Assembly: GCA_031423635.1 (NCBI GenBank)
Contig: JANPFX010000011.1
Location: 2,430 to 66,429, forward strand
Direction of reading: 5' to 3'
Source: Acidimicrobiia bacterium
GTDB taxonomy: Bacteria > Actinomycetota > Acidimicrobiia > Acidimicrobiales > JANYDT01
DNA length: 64,000 bases
Shown here piece by piece: positions 54,456-63,301 of the stretch. How positions within the stretch are numbered: the first letter of the stretch is position 1; every line of letters begins with the position of its first letter. The notes beneath the pieces are model-generated. The model was not told the origin of the DNA and searched no databases. It was given only the letters and a program-made list of their open reading frames with translations. The translations under genes were made by a program, and so were the position numbers.

Positions 54456-55193
54456 CTACTGCATCACCGACACATCGATGATGGCCTCGTGCTCGATCGA
54501 TGCGACCAGAACGCCCCCGACGGTGATCTCGACGTCGGCCACGGCGCGAAGCCCGCGCCGCACGAAACGGTCGAACACCAGGCCACGAACGACGGCATTC
54601 GCACCGAGCGGCGCGAGCGCATGGTGGCGGATGTGTGATCGTGTGTGGATCCATGCGCCGTTGACGAGTTGATCGTGGAACATGCGGTTCGCCAACCTCG
54701 GCCACACGCCGGGATGGACGACGCCGGCCGACCTGAACAGGCCGAGGTCGTCGCCGGCGCGCTCGGCGTAACCCGGGTCGAACTCTCCATCGAGATCAAC
54801 ACGCATCGGCTCCAGGCTCTGGGTCTCGGCGGCTGAACGAATCGGCCGTGAGGCCGCCGTGCGTCGGGCATCGACGCGAACCAACGGGCGGTCCGAGCGA
54901 TCGACCCGGACCTCGAGGCGCAGGCCGTCGTCACCCTCGAACGTCACGGGAAACGAGAGGGTCTCGGCATCGAAGACCGGCGAGGCGAACGACACCTCGG
55001 CCGACCCCGAGCGTGCCCACTCCAGACCCCATTGCTCGGCGATCGGATGGACGCAGTAGGTATAGGTCGTGACACCGGCGACGAGTGCACGGGGGAATCC
55101 GGCCGCCCGGGCACCGTCATCGGTGTGAATAGGGTTCGAGGCGTGGTCGGGAAGGTTGCGGGCCACGATCGACCACGACACCGAACTGGTCAT
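54456..55193 (-). CDS. MaoC-like double hotdog-fold (dehydratase/hydratase) protein
   Basis: The hydratase motif DHASNPIHTDDGARAAGF is present and the sequence has two hotdog-like halves. The start is at MTSSVSW. Confidence 0.65.
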   Translation of the reverse strand: MTSSVSWSIVARNLPDHASNPIHTDDGARAAGFPRALVAGVTTYTYCVHPIAEQWGLEWARSGSAEVSFASPVFDAETLSFPVTFEGDDGLRLEVRVDRSDRPLVRVDARRTAASRPIRSAAETQSLEPMRVDLDGEFDPGYAERAGDDLGLFRSAGVVHPGVWPRLANRMFHDQLVNGAWIHTRSHIRHHALAPLGANAVVRGLVFDRFVRRGLRAVADVEITVGGVLVASIEHEAIIDVSVMQ

Positions 55194-55241
55194 CTGCGAC
55201 AAGGTAGCCGCGACTGCCCTCGGCCGTCCGCGGCCCGCCCC

Positions 55242-55361
55242 CACATCCGCGTCACCTGCTTCCCTGCCGCACATCCCCGTCACCCTGCCGCACATCGGTC
55301 GTTTCCCGCGCGAAACGGCACGAAACCGGGCGATCTGCGGTGCAGACCGGGTGATCTGCGG
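55242..55361. promoter_or_regulatory. arrays of short direct repeats in a divergent promoter region (candidate operators)
   Basis: CACATCC(G/C)CGTCACC..CCTGCCG-type units start at 55242, 55270 and 55291. CGGG(C/T)GATCTGCGG occurs twice (GATCTGCGG at 55332 and 55353), 21 nt apart. Confidence 0.4.
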
Positions 55362-55462
55362 CAGCGGTCGCCGTCGCCGCAGGCGTCGACGCCGTACACC
55401 AATTCACCCGGAGGACGCCTGGCGGTTGCCGGGTGTTGGCGTTCGCTCGGTACCGTGCCGGC

Positions 55463-56254
55463 ATGGACGCCAACTCTGCAGTTCTTCGCTCTGACCGCGA
55501 CGATGCGCCGCGGTTCGAGCGACCCGCCGACCGTGCCGTCAGACTCCTCAACTTCCGCGAGGTTGGCGGAACTCCGTGCGCCGACGGCCGCCGGGTGAGG
55601 CGCAGCAGGCTGTTCCGATCGGCGACGCCGGACTTCGCCACGCCGACCGACGTGCTGTTCGTGGACCGCCTCGGGATCCGAACCGTGCTCGACCTGCGCA
55701 CCGAACCGGAGCGTCGCCCGAGCCCGCTGCGCAACGTCGACGTGCACTCGATCCCCATCCTCACCCAGGTGTGGGACCCGGGTTCGATCGCCGCGTCCAC
55801 GCTTCCGGCGGAACGCTTCCTCGCCGACCGATACCTCGAGATGTGCGAGGTCGGCGCCGCCCGCGTAGCGGAGTGCTTTGCGGTGCTCGCCGACAGCGGG
55901 GCAAGCCCGGCGCTGGTCCACTGCACGGCAGGCAAGGATCGGACCGGAGTGCTCGTCGCCTTGCTGCTGTCCGCGTTCGGTGTGGATCGCCGGGTGATCG
56001 CCGAGGACTACGCAATGAGCGCCCTCGCCATGCCCGAGCTGATCGCCCTGATCAGAGATCAGACGCCCGAACGCCTTGATGCAATGATCAGCCAGCCGTC
56101 CTCCTTTCTCTCGGCTCCCCAGGAGACGATGCATCTCTTTCTCGCCGAGCTCGCCGACCGCTACGGATCGGCCACGCGGTACCTGCTGCACGCCGGCGTG
56201 AGCGAGGATCAACTCGACGCACTGGCCGAGCACTTCACCGCGCCCGTTCGCTGA
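55463..56254 (+). CDS. tyrosine-protein phosphatase (Y_phosphatase3-like), paralogue of 30550-31407
   Basis: The CX5R site is HCTAGKDRTG, and NFREVGG lies near the N-terminus. The start is 55463 (MDANSAV) or GTG 55433. Confidence 0.8.
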   Translation: MDANSAVLRSDRDDAPRFERPADRAVRLLNFREVGGTPCADGRRVRRSRLFRSATPDFATPTDVLFVDRLGIRTVLDLRTEPERRPSPLRNVDVHSIPILTQVWDPGSIAASTLPAERFLADRYLEMCEVGAARVAECFAVLADSGASPALVHCTAGKDRTGVLVALLLSAFGVDRRVIAEDYAMSALAMPELIALIRDQTPERLDAMISQPSSFLSAPQETMHLFLAELADRYGSATRYLLHAGVSEDQLDALAEHFTAPVR

Positions 56255-56413
56255 GGCGACATCGGGTCGGAGCCGACCGCACACCAGCTGTTCACCGGGC
56301 ACGCGGATCGGACAGCGCGTCTGGCACCGTTTGGGACAACGTTCGGAGAACGGCAAGCCACTGTTCATGTCAGCGACGCTTCCGCGTTCCGACGGCTTCC
56401 TACGGTCACCCGT

Positions 56414-58414
56414 ATGTCAACCATCCCCCAGTTCACCCAGAACGATAACGACACCCTCGAATCGCTGATGCAGGCGCGCATCAGCCGGCGCGGAGCTCTC
56501 AAAGCCGGCGCGGCAGCGGCAGCCGCCGCGACCATTGGCGGCGCCGCTCTCGACCTCGTCACGAATGGCGCCTCCGCCGTCGTGACGCCAACGACGCTTG
56601 GCAAGGCGGCGGAGTCGACCGGCTTCGCTCCAGTCGCTCCGGCTCGGACCACCGACGACGCGTTCCGGGTTCCGGCCGGCTACGCCGCCGATGTCCTCCT
56701 CCGTTGGGGTGACCCCGTTCTCCCCGGTGCACCGAAGTTCGACCTCGCGGCCCAATCCGGCACGGCACAAGCGCAGCAGTGCGGCTACAACCACGACTTC
56801 CAGGCCTTCTTCCCGATCGGCGACGGAAGCACCGAAGGCGTGCTCTGGGTGAACCACGAGTACACCGACGGCTATCGCATGATCCCCGGTTGGAACCCCC
56901 GCACGACGAACCTCGACCAGCTGCGGGCGTGGGTCGACATCGAGCTCGCCGCCCACGGCGGCACGGTCGTCGAGTTGGCCCGACCCAATGCAACGTCGAA
57001 GTGGGAGGTGCGTCCCGGCAAGCGGAACCGCCGGATCACGGCGAACACGCCGATGCGGATGTCGGGCCCCGCAGCCCAGGACGAAAGGCTCGCGGGTCAG
57101 GTGCTCGGAACACTCAACAACTGCGGCGGCGGCGTCACCCCTTGGGGAACCGTGCTCACCGCCGAAGAGAACTTCAATCAGTACTTCGCCAACAACGACA
57201 AGGTGACGGATGCCGTCACGAAAGCGACGCACGCCCGCTACGGACTGCTCCCCGCCGCGTCGGATCGCGGGTGGGAACGGGTGTACCCGAATCGCTTCGA
57301 CGCCTCCATCGTTCCCAACGAACCGTACAAGTTCGGCTGGATCGTCGAGGTCGATCCGGACGACCCCAACTCGACCCCGGTGAAGCGCACTGCACTCGGA
57401 CGTTTCAAGCACGAAGCGGCGACCGTGGTCGTCGCTCCTTCGGGACAGATCGTCGTGTACTCCGGCGACGACGAGCGCTTCGAGTTCTTCTACAAGTACG
57501 TGTCCTACGGCGTCTACGACCCGAAGAAGGGCAAGGCCAACGGTGCACTGCTCGACGAAGGCACGCTCTACGTCGCCAAGCTCGAAGTCGACGGCTCGGC
57601 CCAGTGGATTCCGCTCGAGCACAACCGCCGCAGCGAGCTCACCGCCCGCACCGGCTTCCGTGACCAGGCCGACGTGTTGCTCCGCACCCGTCTCGCCGCG
57701 ACGGCGGTGGGCGCGACGCGCATGGACCGTCCCGAGGACATCGAGGCGAACCCGAAGACCGGGAAGATCTACGCGATGCTGACCAACAACGCCCGCCGCA
57801 CGACGCTGGCGACCGACGCCGCCGAGGTTGCCGCCAACCCGCGTTTCGATGCCAAGGAAGGCAACAAGACGGGCCACATCCTGGAGCTGACGGAGAAGAA
57901 CAACGACCACACCTCCATGCAGTTCCGCTGGGACATCTTCATGCTCGCCGGGAACCCGAGGGCGGGCGGCAAGCAGGTCACTGCGCTGAAGGACGTGGCG
58001 AGCTGGGCCGACACCTACTTCGCCGGGTTCGCCGGCGAGGTCAGCCCGTTGGGTGCGCCGGACAACGTGGCATTTTCCCCCGACGGCATGATGTGGATCG
58101 CCACCGACGGAGCGCCGAACACGATCGGCTACAACGACGCTCTGCACGCGGTGGCCACCACCGGCCCGAACCGCGGGCAGGTGCGTCAGTTCCTCAGCGT
58201 TCCCGCCGGAGCGGAGACGTGCGGACCAGAGTTCACGCCCGACCAGAAGACGCTCTTCATCGCCGTGCAGCACCCCGGCGAGGACGGCGGGTTCTTCCGG
58301 GCCAACGACGTGACCGCGAACGCCCAGTCAGCCTGGCCCGATGGGGCCAACACCCAGCCCCGACCGGCCACCGTCGTCATCCGCAAGCTCGACGGCGGCA
58401 TCATCGGCAGCTGA
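56414..58414 (+). CDS. phoX: PhoX family phosphatase (DUF839), Tat-exported
   Basis: The twin-arginine signal is ISRRGALKAGAAAAAAATIGG. NHEYTDG, NNCGGGVTPWGT, GRFKHEAA and MDRPEDIE are typical of PhoX. Confidence 0.85.
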   Translation: MSTIPQFTQNDNDTLESLMQARISRRGALKAGAAAAAAATIGGAALDLVTNGASAVVTPTTLGKAAESTGFAPVAPARTTDDAFRVPAGYAADVLLRWGDPVLPGAPKFDLAAQSGTAQAQQCGYNHDFQAFFPIGDGSTEGVLWVNHEYTDGYRMIPGWNPRTTNLDQLRAWVDIELAAHGGTVVELARPNATSKWEVRPGKRNRRITANTPMRMSGPAAQDERLAGQVLGTLNNCGGGVTPWGTVLTAEENFNQYFANNDKVTDAVTKATHARYGLLPAASDRGWERVYPNRFDASIVPNEPYKFGWIVEVDPDDPNSTPVKRTALGRFKHEAATVVVAPSGQIVVYSGDDERFEFFYKYVSYGVYDPKKGKANGALLDEGTLYVAKLEVDGSAQWIPLEHNRRSELTARTGFRDQADVLLRTRLAATAVGATRMDRPEDIEANPKTGKIYAMLTNNARRTTLATDAAEVAANPRFDAKEGNKTGHILELTEKNNDHTSMQFRWDIFMLAGNPRAGGKQVTALKDVASWADTYFAGFAGEVSPLGAPDNVAFSPDGMMWIATDGAPNTIGYNDALHAVATTGPNRGQVRQFLSVPAGAETCGPEFTPDQKTLFIAVQHPGEDGGFFRANDVTANAQSAWPDGANTQPRPATVVIRKLDGGIIGS

Positions 58415-58536
58415 CGCCCGCCCTTCTCCCTCCGCCGGTCGCCGCAACTCAGGCCCGGGTGACGTGTCATCCGGGCCCTGCTGGGTGGCCGCGCGGTGCG
58501 CGGGGAAGGCTTTGCGGCTCTCCATGCACCGTGGTG

Positions 58537-58548
58537 TAGGTGCACCTA
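58537..58548. promoter_or_regulatory. perfect 12-bp palindrome upstream of efeU (candidate operator)
   Basis: TAGGTGCACCTA lies in an unusually AT-richer patch, ~50 nt upstream of the probable efeU start. Its arms resemble the outer arms of DtxR/IdeR boxes (TAGGT/ACCTA), but the spacing is much shorter. Confidence 0.3.
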
Positions 58549-58596
58549 ATGTTTTGGGGATACGCTTCAGGACATGACTTCGAGCAAGGCCGCAGC

Positions 58597-59442
58597 GTGT
58601 TCGCCAACTTCCTGATCGGCCTACGCGAGGGCCTCGAGGCGGCGCTCGTTGTCGGCATCCTGCTCGCCTACATCCACAAGTCGGGTCGACGTGAACTCGC
58701 ACCGCGGATTTGGAGCGGCGTCGGGATCGCCGTCAGCGTGTCGCTCGCGTTCGGGGCACTGCTCACCTACGGTCCCCGGGGCCTGAGCTTCCGAGCGCAG
58801 GAGACGATCGGCGGCACCCTCTCGATCCTCGCGGTGGGTTTCGTCACCTGGATGATCTTCTGGATGGCGCGTACCGCTCGGTCGCTACGGGGCGAGCTCG
58901 AACACCGCATCGACGCGGCCGTCGCCGCCGGTGGGAGCGCACTCGTGCTCGTCGCCGTGCTCGCGGTCGGCCGAGAAGGGCTGGAGACGGCGCTGTTCCT
59001 GTGGGCGGCGGCGCAGGCAACCGGGTCGTCAACGGATCCGCTGATCGGGGCCACCCTTGGCCTTGCGGTCGCGGTCCTCATCGGCGTGGCGATCTACCGG
59101 GGTGCACTGAAGCTGAACATGGCCCGCTTCTTCACGTGGACGGGGGCGCTGCTGGTGCTCGTCGCCGGCGGCGTGCTCGCCTACGGCATCCACGACCTCC
59201 AGGAGGCCGACGTCCTTCCCGGGCTGAACCGCCTCGCCTTCGACGTCTCATCCTGGGTCCGTCCCGGTACCTGGCTGGCAACGCTGCTGAAGGGCACGTT
59301 CAACTTCTCCCCGACCACGACGTGGCTGCAAGCCGGGGCATGGCTGCTGTATGTCATCCCGGTGATGACGGCCTTCATCATGGTCATGCGTCGACGGCCG
59401 AGCGCCCCAGCTCGGTTCACGGCCAAAGGACAGCCGGCATGA
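58597..59442 (+). CDS. efeU: iron permease EfeU (FTR1 family)
   Basis: Two REGLE motifs are present (FLIGLREGLEAAL and GREGLETALF) with 7 TM helices. The start was chosen at GTG 58597 by analogy to EfeU N-termini. The ORF is open from 58540. Confidence 0.85.
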   Translation: MFANFLIGLREGLEAALVVGILLAYIHKSGRRELAPRIWSGVGIAVSVSLAFGALLTYGPRGLSFRAQETIGGTLSILAVGFVTWMIFWMARTARSLRGELEHRIDAAVAAGGSALVLVAVLAVGREGLETALFLWAAAQATGSSTDPLIGATLGLAVAVLIGVAIYRGALKLNMARFFTWTGALLVLVAGGVLAYGIHDLQEADVLPGLNRLAFDVSSWVRPGTWLATLLKGTFNFSPTTTWLQAGAWLLYVIPVMTAFIMVMRRRPSAPARFTAKGQPA

Positions 59443-60626
59443 TCGCCTTTCCGAGCGTTCGCCGCGGCGTCGTGATCCTCGCCCTCGTGGGTGCCGGTGC
59501 CCTGCTCACGTCCTGCACGGAGAAAGCCGATTCGGGCACCACGAAAGGAGGAACCGATCCCGCCAAGCTCACCGTCACGGCGACCGACGATGCCTGCATG
59601 GTCTCCTCGACGAGCGCGCCCAGCGGCACCGTCACGTTTGCCGTGACCAACAAAGGTTCGAAGGTGAACGAGTTCTATCTGTTTGCCGCCGACGGTGTGC
59701 GCGTCGTCGGCGAGGTCGAGAACATCGGGCCGGGCATCAGCCGGAACCTCGTCGTGCGGATCAAGCCCGGCACCTACATCGCCGCGTGCAAACCGGGAAT
59801 GACCGGCGACGGCATCCGCAGCGAGTTCACGGTGACCGACTCGGGTGCCACGGTGGCCGCCCCGGCCGTCGAAACGTTGCTCACCGACGCAACGGAGCAG
59901 TACACCGATTTCGTCCGCACCGAGGCCGACGAGCTGTTGGAGAAGACCGAGACCTTCGCCGAGTTGTACCGGTCCGGCAAGGACGACGAAGCGCGGGCGA
60001 ACTATGCACCCACCCGGATGCACTGGGAGCGGATCGAGCCCGTGGCCGAATCATTCGGTGACATCGACCCGAAGTTGGACCTTCGTGAAGCCGACCTCGA
60101 AGCGGGCCAGGAGTGGACCGGATGGCATCGGATCGAGAAGGACCTCTGGCCGCCGGCCGCCGGCACTCCCTACGTTCCGCTCACCACGGCGCAAAGAACC
60201 GCGCTCGCCGACCAGCTCGTGGCCGACACCAAGGACCTCCGCGGGCGTGTATCGGTCGTCACGCTCTCTCCCGATCAACTGAGCAACGGAGCGAAGGAAC
60301 TCCTCGACGAAGTGGCAACCGGCAAAGTGACCGGCGAGGAGGAGGTCTGGTCCGGGACCGATCTCTGGGACTTCCAGGCCAACGTCGAAGGGGCCAAGAT
60401 GGCCTTCGAGGTGCTCGAACCCGTGCTTCGAGAGAAGAACCCGGCGCTGCTCACCGAACTCGACGAGCGCTTCGACGACGTGCAAAAGCTCCTCGACGCG
60501 CAGAAGAAGGGCGATGGTTTCGTGAATTACCGCGACCTCTCGGCCGAACAGATCAAGACGATGGCTGACGCCGTGAATGCGCTGGGCGAGCCCCTTTCAC
60601 GTCTCACTGCCGCCGTCGTGTTGTGA
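59439..60626 (+). CDS. efeO: iron uptake system component EfeO (cupredoxin-like N-domain + M75/imelysin domain), lipoprotein
   Basis: The lipobox is LLTSC. The N-terminal segment VTFAVTNKGSKVNEFYL is cupredoxin-like, and the M75 motifs HWERIEP and GWHRIEK are present. Its ATG overlaps the efeU stop. Confidence 0.85.
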   Translation: MIAFPSVRRGVVILALVGAGALLTSCTEKADSGTTKGGTDPAKLTVTATDDACMVSSTSAPSGTVTFAVTNKGSKVNEFYLFAADGVRVVGEVENIGPGISRNLVVRIKPGTYIAACKPGMTGDGIRSEFTVTDSGATVAAPAVETLLTDATEQYTDFVRTEADELLEKTETFAELYRSGKDDEARANYAPTRMHWERIEPVAESFGDIDPKLDLREADLEAGQEWTGWHRIEKDLWPPAAGTPYVPLTTAQRTALADQLVADTKDLRGRVSVVTLSPDQLSNGAKELLDEVATGKVTGEEEVWSGTDLWDFQANVEGAKMAFEVLEPVLREKNPALLTELDERFDDVQKLLDAQKKGDGFVNYRDLSAEQIKTMADAVNALGEPLSRLTAAVVL

Positions 60627-61984
60627 GCGATACGGAGACTGCTTCCACCGATGCGCCGTTCGGCGACCACGCAACCTTCAGCGCGCGTACTATCGCCCCC
60701 GTCTCCCAGCCCCACTTGTCCCGACGCCGCCTGCTCGGCGCTGCAGGCGTCGGCGTCGCGGCAGTCGCTGCGGGCGTTACCGCGGTCAGCCGTCGGAGCG
60801 CAAAGGACCCGGACACAAACGCGTTGCCCTCGGACAGTGGTGCAGTCGCGTTCTACGGCAGCCATCAGGCGGGCATCGCGACGCCGGCCCAGGACCGGCT
60901 CCATTTCGCCGCATTCGACGTCACGACCACCAGCCGCGATCGCCTGATCCGCCTGCTCCGGGACTGGACCGATGCAGCGGCGAAGATGGCGCAGGGCCTG
61001 CCGGTGGGTGACTTCGGCGCCGTCGACGGATCCCCGCTTGCCCCTCCCGACGACACCGGCGAAGCGCTTGGTTTGGCGGCGTCACGGCTCACCATCACCA
61101 TCGGATTCGGGCCGTCGCTGTTCGAGACGGCCTCAGGTGTCGACCGGTTCGGGATCGTCGCCCGCCGACCGCCGTCGTTGACGGAACTACCGCTCTTCCC
61201 GAAGGACAACCTCTCGCCCGCCCGCTCCGGCGGCGATCTCTGCGTGCGGGCCTGCGCCGACGATCCGCAGGTGGCCGTCCATGCCGTCCGCAACCTTGCC
61301 CGCATCGCCTTCGGCACGGCCACGGTGCGATGGTCGCAACTGGGCTTCGGGCGAACCTCGTCGACCTCGACCACGCAGGCCACCGCACGCAACCTGTTCG
61401 GGTTCAAGGACGGAACGGCGAACCTGAAGGCGGAAGATCCTGCGTTGCTCGATGCGCACGTGTGGGTCCCCTCGTCTACCGCGCATGCGAAGCACGGGTG
61501 GCTCGCCGGCGGCTCCTACCTCGTGGCCCGCCGGATAAGCATGCGGATCGAGACGTGGGACCGCACCTCGCTGGCCGAGCAGGAACGCCTCATCGGACGG
61601 ACCAAGGGCGACGGCGCACCGATGTCCGGGGGCACCGAGTTCACCGCCCCCGACTTCGAGGCGACGGGGGCGCGCGACGAGCCGCTTATCCCGGGCGGAT
61701 CACACATGCGACTTGCCCATCCATCGGCCAACAACGGCGTGCGCATCCTCCGCCGTGGCTACAACTTCGCCGACGGTTCCGACGGGCTCGGACGTCTCGA
61801 TGCCGGATTGTTCTTCATCGCCTTCGTCCGTGACCCCGCCACCCACTACATCCCCATGCAGCTGCAGCTCTCGAAGAACGACACCCTGATGGAGTACCTC
61901 CAGCACACCGGATCGGCGCTCTTCGCCGTCCCACCCGGCGTGGCGTCGACCGGCGGCTTCCTCGGAGAGGCCCTCTTCACGTAG
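60623..61984 (+). CDS. efeB: Dyp-type peroxidase / deferrochelatase EfeB, Tat-exported
   Basis: The Tat signal is LSRRRLLGAAGVGVAAVAAG, and FGFKDGTANL is the Dyp motif. Its GTG overlaps the efeO stop. Confidence 0.88.
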   Translation: MSDTETASTDAPFGDHATFSARTIAPVSQPHLSRRRLLGAAGVGVAAVAAGVTAVSRRSAKDPDTNALPSDSGAVAFYGSHQAGIATPAQDRLHFAAFDVTTTSRDRLIRLLRDWTDAAAKMAQGLPVGDFGAVDGSPLAPPDDTGEALGLAASRLTITIGFGPSLFETASGVDRFGIVARRPPSLTELPLFPKDNLSPARSGGDLCVRACADDPQVAVHAVRNLARIAFGTATVRWSQLGFGRTSSTSTTQATARNLFGFKDGTANLKAEDPALLDAHVWVPSSTAHAKHGWLAGGSYLVARRISMRIETWDRTSLAEQERLIGRTKGDGAPMSGGTEFTAPDFEATGARDEPLIPGGSHMRLAHPSANNGVRILRRGYNFADGSDGLGRLDAGLFFIAFVRDPATHYIPMQLQLSKNDTLMEYLQHTGSALFAVPPGVASTGGFLGEALFT

Positions 61985-62013
61985 GCGGACAGCGCGGCGC
62001 GCTGACCGTCGGG

Positions 62014-62352
62014 TCAGACGCGTCGGTCGCGGAGTTTCTTCGGAACCTTCGCGCTGTTGGTCACGAGGGTGGTGACGGCAGCACGAACCTTCGCCGAACG
62101 CATGCGTTCGAACCACACCGTCTCACCGGGAAGGCGAACGCCCACAACGGGACCGTCGCAGACATCGACACACTTCACCTTCTTCACCGTGGTGAATTCC
62201 TCGAGGGAGTCACGGAGTTCGTTGAAGCCTTTGGCCTTGCGGCACGACTTCCCGGCACACAGCAACACACAGGGGGTGTTCGACGAGGTGGTGGCGATGG
62301 CCGTGATCTCGCTCGGGAGAAGGCTCGGATCGGTACGCCGGGAGATGTCCAC
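62014..62352 (-). CDS. thioredoxin-like (2Fe-2S) ferredoxin domain protein
   Basis: The Cys pattern is LLCAGKSCRKAKG ... VKCVDVCDGPVVGVRLPGETVWFERM. It matches my recollection of the TRX-like ferredoxin family (vC.g..C..kG ... C.g.C..gPvv.v.p....w). Confidence 0.55.
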   Translation of the reverse strand: MDISRRTDPSLLPSEITAIATTSSNTPCVLLCAGKSCRKAKGFNELRDSLEEFTTVKKVKCVDVCDGPVVGVRLPGETVWFERMRSAKVRAAVTTLVTNSAKVPKKLRDRRV

Positions 62353-62403
62353 GAGGCCCCTTCTGTGTCGGTCGTCGGAGTTCGGGGAGCTTCTTCTACG
62401 AAC

Positions 62404-62423
62404 TTAGGTCAGCCAAATACTAA
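62404..62423. promoter_or_regulatory. DtxR/IdeR-box-like AT-rich site upstream of the ferredoxin-like gene
   Basis: The reverse strand reads TTAGTATTTGGCTGACCTAA, against the IdeR consensus TTAGGTTAGGCTAACCTAA. The right half matches 10/11. The left half is weaker and has one extra nucleotide. The site is 52-71 nt upstream of the GTG at 62352. Confidence 0.35.
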
Positions 62424-62463
62424 GACGTTTTGCGCTCCCGTCGCAACCCCTCCGCGGCCGATG

Positions 62464-63300
62464 TCAGTCGTCCCCCGAGATGGCGATGTGGCGTTCGCCG
62501 TTGCTCTCGACCACGGCCGCGCCGAGCTCATCGGCGAGCGCCCGCCGGACCGCTAGGTCGTCGAGGGGCCCGACCGTCAGCGTGTGCTGACCGGCGACCC
62601 AGACCTGGTTCGCATGAGGAAGAACGAGGTCGAGGTCATGCGACGCGAGGATCGCCGCGAACGTGCCGCCGGCCGTCAGCCGTCGGACCAGTGACATCAT
62701 GCGGGCCTTGCCCTTCGGGTCGAGGAACGCCGTCGGCTCGTCTAGCACCAGGACCTCCGGCTCCTGGGCGAGCGCACGGGCAATGGCAACTCGTTGGCGT
62801 TCGCCATCGGAGAGCTCCGCGCACCGGCGGCCGATCAGATGGTCGATCCCGGCGGACGCGATCGCCGCGGTGATGATCTCGTCATCGTGTTCGCTGTGCT
62901 CGATCCGCCAGCCATGGTGGGGGTGGCGGCCGAGTGCCACCACCTCCTCCACCCGAAGACCGGGAGGCTCGAGCCGGTCGGAAAGCACGACGGCGATGCG
63001 CTGGGCGCGATCCCGGCGAGGCATCGCATCGAGCGCACGCCCACCGATTCGAACCGTGCCGCCGAGCATCGGCTGCATCCCGGTGATCGAGCGGAGCAGC
63101 GTCGACTTCCCTGCGCCGTTGCTGCCCACCAGCGCGGCAACCTCGCCGCGTCGGAGCACGAAGGACACGTGCGAGAGCGCAATGGTGGTGGTGCGGCGCA
63201 GGCGGTACCCGACGCTCACATCGTCGGCCTCGAGCAGGACTTCTGCGTCGGTGTCGACGGCCTTCGAACGCTCGCTTCTGGTCGGCGCGATCACCCCCAT
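62464..63300 (-). CDS. Fe(3+)-chelate/siderophore-type ABC transporter ATP-binding protein
   Basis: Walker A GSNGAGKST, signature LSDGERQR and Walker B VLVLDEP are present. Its start lies 1 nt after the upstream FecCD permease stop. Confidence 0.85.
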   Translation of the reverse strand: MGVIAPTRSERSKAVDTDAEVLLEADDVSVGYRLRRTTTIALSHVSFVLRRGEVAALVGSNGAGKSTLLRSITGMQPMLGGTVRIGGRALDAMPRRDRAQRIAVVLSDRLEPPGLRVEEVVALGRHPHHGWRIEHSEHDDEIITAAIASAGIDHLIGRRCAELSDGERQRVAIARALAQEPEVLVLDEPTAFLDPKGKARMMSLVRRLTAGGTFAAILASHDLDLVLPHANQVWVAGQHTLTVGPLDDLAVRRALADELGAAVVESNGERHIAISGDD

Positions 63301-63301
63301 G

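Noticed and set aside
56255-56413. Pho-box-like GTTCACC / GTTCATG / GGTCACC motifs upstream of phoX.
   Set aside because: The three motifs (about 56290, 56363 and 56404) are dispersed rather than arranged as tandem 11-nt direct-repeat units. That is too weak to call a PhoP site.
56417-58273. A 618-aa ORF on the - strand.
   Set aside because: It is exactly antisense to phoX, which has a Tat signal and family motifs. The antisense product is low-complexity (R/G/V/E-rich).
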